Origin: Oikopleura dioica
Lineage: Eukaryota > Animalia > Chordata
Reading direction: 5' to 3'
NCBI GenBank assembly: GCA_907165135.1
Contig: OU015567.1
Span: forward strand, 4,836,001 to 4,900,000
Length of the DNA stretch: 64,000 bases
The notes beneath the pieces are model-generated. The model had not been told where the DNA came from. It was given only the letters and a program-made list of their open reading frames with translations, and did no database searches. This document shows, one piece after another, positions 61,312-64,000 of the stretch. Made by a program: the position numbers and the translations under genes. Position 1 is the stretch's first letter. Every line of letters starts with the position of its first letter.

Positions 61312-61680
61312 TTGTGGCAGGTCGAAAAAAATTTTTTTTTTTCTGATTGGCTCATCTGAAAGAGCTTCTCAAACTGTATAAAAAACGTTTTTAGAGTCTG
61401 CTCAAATCTTCGAAATTTTCGACATTTGGACTTGATAAAGGTTGAAATTCCGAAATTTTAACTGCTCATAGAGCAAAATTTTTCCATAACAAAATTTTTT
61501 TTTTATTTTTTTTTGGAATCTCTATAGTCGAATCTATGTGCTTGCGAAAATTGAAGCAAATCGGGCAACATTTGGGCTGTAAAAATTTTTTTTTGAGGAT
61601 TAGTTTTGCACTAATTTCGCAAATACAAAGCATATACTTTTATTAAATTACAAACTACAAAAAAGTAATCAAATAGTGCT

Positions 61681-61733
61681 CTGAGGTCACTTGAGGTCAT
61701 TTGAGGTCATCTGAGGTCATCTGAGGTCATTTG
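61681..61733 (+). repeat. 10-bp tandem repeat (TGAGGTCAYY) x5
   Basis: Five AGGTCA hexamers each separated by 4 nt. Confidence 0.85.
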
Positions 61734-62459
61734 AGAACAATTTTTTTTGCCGTTAAATTACATTTTTTTATTTTTTTTAATTTTGAAAATAATAATTTTG
61801 AGCAAAAATATTGCTCATTTGATTTTGAAAATTTTTTGTTTCAATATCGATCGACGGTGAAGTGTACACATGCGCTCGCGATTCCGGAACTACCTCGCTC
61901 ATTAATGATTATTTAATGGATGCATCAATCAAAATCACAGTATGAAAAAAAAATTTCCAAACTAATTTCTGGCTGGCAGTTCACTTCGAGAAAGTTAATT
62001 CTGTGAAACACACAAAATTGAAAGAGAAGAAGAGAAAGCTAAGAGAAAGATTGTTAATAATTTTCGATACCAGTGACAGGTATACTAAATATATATATTT
62101 ATTCTTAAAATTATATAAGACGCTTGTTAATTGCAGAAAAAATCAAAAACAGAAGAAATCCTGCCAACGACTGACTCCAAAGAAAGTAGAATTCAAACGA
62201 AGACAGAAGGTATGCTTTAAAGACTTCCCCCACGGTTTTGGCCTAGATGGGCCTCGCGCAGAAAAAAATTCTGAAAAAACAGTATGTTCGGTGGTCCTTC
62301 TTATACTTATTTATTATAATTATCGTTTGACTTATTTTTTAAACAGATATATCTATTACAAGTCTAAAATTATAAAAGGGAATTTAGGCCATTATAATTC
62401 CCTCATTTTACATTTTTCCGTAAATCGGAATAGCGCGGACCAGAGTTACAAATTTTGTG

Positions 62460-63645
62460 AGCTAGCTGAGGTGAGCTATATGAGCTAGATGAGCTACAGC
62501 TCAGCTCAGCTCAGCTCAGCGATTTCGAGGTGAGGGTCAGCTCAGCTCAGCTCAGCTTAATTTTTCTGAAGAAAGCAAGCTCAACTCAGCTCAATGGTTC
62601 TTCGAGAAAAGTCAGCTCAGCTCAGCTAGCTCAATTTTAACCTCGACTTAGCTAGCCCAGCTCAGCTCAGCTTGAAAAAATTGTCAGCTCAGCTCAGCAA
62701 GCTCAGATTGAAAAATCATCAGCTCAGCTCAGCTCAAGAACTAACAGATAAACCCCAGCTTAGCTCAGCTCAATTTTTTCGGCAAAATCCAGCTCAGCTC
62801 AGCTCAGCTCAGTTGTTTTCAAAGGGGTCAGCTCAGCTCAGTTCAGCTTAAAAAAATTGTCAGCTCAGCTCAGCTCAAAAATTTTCAGATAAGCCCAAGC
62901 TCAGCTCAGCTCAGATGCTTTACAAGGGGGCCAGCTCAGCTCAGCTCAGCTCAATGGTTCTTCGAGAAAAGTCAGATCAGCTCAGCTAGCTCAATTTTAA
63001 CCTCAACTCAGCTAGCTCAGCTCAGCTCAGCTTGAAAAAATTGTAAGCTCAGCTCAGCTAGCTCAGTTTGAAAAATCATCAGCTCAGCTCAAAAACTAAC
63101 AGATAAACCTCAGCTCAGCTCAGCTCAAATTTTTCGAAATAATCCAGCTCAGCTCAGCTCAGCTCAGTTGTTTTCAAAGGGGTCAGCTCAGCTCAGTTCA
63201 GCTTAAAAATTGTCAGCTCAGCTCAGCTCAAAAATTTTCAAATTAGCCCAAGCTCAGCTCAGCTCAGCTCATTTTTTCGAAAAATCCAGCTCAGCTCAGT
63301 TGCTTTTCAAGGGGCCAGCTCAGCTCAGCTCAGCTTAAAAAAATTGTCAGCTCAGCTCAGCTCAAAAATTTTCAAATTAGCCCAAGCTCAGCTCAGCTCA
63401 GCTCATTTTTTTCGAAAAAATTCAGCTCAGCTCAGTTGCTTTTCAAGGGGCCAGCTCAGCTCAGTTCAGCTTAAAAAAATTGTCAGCTCAGCTTAGCTCA
63501 AAAATTTTCAAATTAGCCCAAGCTCAGCTCAGCTCAGTTCATTTTTTCGAAAAATCCAGCTCAGCTCAGTTGCTTTTCAAGGGGCCAGCTCAGCTCAATT
63601 TCGACCACAGCTCAGCTAGCTCAGCTCACAAAAATTTTCAAAAAT
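62460..63645. repeat. (AGCTC)n pentamer-based array with higher-order units (~360 bp and ~115 bp)
   Basis: Runs of CAGCT separated by recurring A/T-rich linkers. The block starting GCTCAATGGTTCTTCGAGAAAAG occurs at ~62589 and ~62950; the AAAAATTTTCAAATTAGCCCAAG block occurs three times. Confidence 0.9.
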
Positions 63646-64000
63646 CTGCAACTCTGGCTCGGACCGAGAATTAAGATCACTTACGTTCGTTACACCTTTA
63701 ATAGGGATGAACCTGAAATTGTCAACAAGGCAATCAAGGCCATCACGGCCAGCATGGCCATCAAGGCCATCGACCCGACCAAAAACTCGACCTAGTCGGA
63801 AATGGTGGGGTTTATATTGGCACCGAACGATCCTACCATGGATTTTTTTGATTTGATCGGTGGTGGGGTTTGGTCGGTGGGTGGTCGGCTTAAGTCGGTT
63901 TCTTTGTGTTTTTCGTTTTGACCGATTTTTTTCATTTCTCTCTGGCGATAAAAGAAAAAGAGATTGTCGACAAGGCCATCAAGGACATCATGGCCATCGA

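Noticed and set aside
63700-64000. 9-bp AAGGCCATC repeats readable as Gly-His-Gln or KAI repeats
   Set aside because: The reading frame and strand are ambiguous, there are upstream stops, and the region is cut by the window end; not supportable as a CDS.
1-64000. tRNA, rRNA or spliced-leader RNA genes
   Set aside because: No cloverleaf with T-loop GTTCRA and paired acceptor stem, and no rRNA-like or SL-like sequence recognised by eye. tRNAscan-SE/Infernal would be needed to exclude them fully.

Overview
This is eukaryotic genomic DNA, most consistent with the larvacean tunicate Oikopleura (probably O. dioica). The evidence is dense genes with ~35-60 nt introns, several GA-AG introns, and a secreted protein of the 'KVPPRHPL..RL / KQ.TTG.RKWA.RY' family that I recognise from Oikopleura (from memory, not a search). 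Genes, in order: 3' part of an IP3 receptor (+); an intron-containing HxxxDG condensation/alcohol-acetyltransferase-like enzyme (-); the lineage-specific secreted protein (-); then a gene-poor, MITE-rich stretch (~10-23.5 kb); SAMD15-like (+); a small multi-pass membrane protein (+); an unknown coiled-coil protein (-); an SLC6 transporter (-); galactose mutarotase (-); an R7-family RGS (-); a ~3,700-aa secreted EGF-repeat/LamG-like protein (-); an M14 carboxypeptidase (-); a RING/TRAF-type zinc-finger protein (+); a 51-aa secreted peptide precursor (+); a two-thioredoxin PDI-like protein (-); and a terminal (AGCTC)n array. Mobile DNA includes a near-intact Penelope-like retroelement (RT + GIY-YIG, pLTRs, three minimal hammerhead ribozymes), a Mutator-like element with a 9-bp TSD, two Kolobok-like TTAA elements and ~17 copies of a MITE family carrying CCTGA(G/C)TCAGG. 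The most novel observations are: (1) three paralogous two-exon genes for small secreted one-disulfide peptides, nested antisense in an intron of the EGF gene and largely missed by the ORF track; (2) a MITE that inserted in coding sequence and appears to have become an intron; (3) the inverted Penelope pLTR placing a hammerhead, a polyA signal and a 237-bp hairpin inside the host pre-mRNA. Exon boundaries are manual calls and need RNA confirmation.
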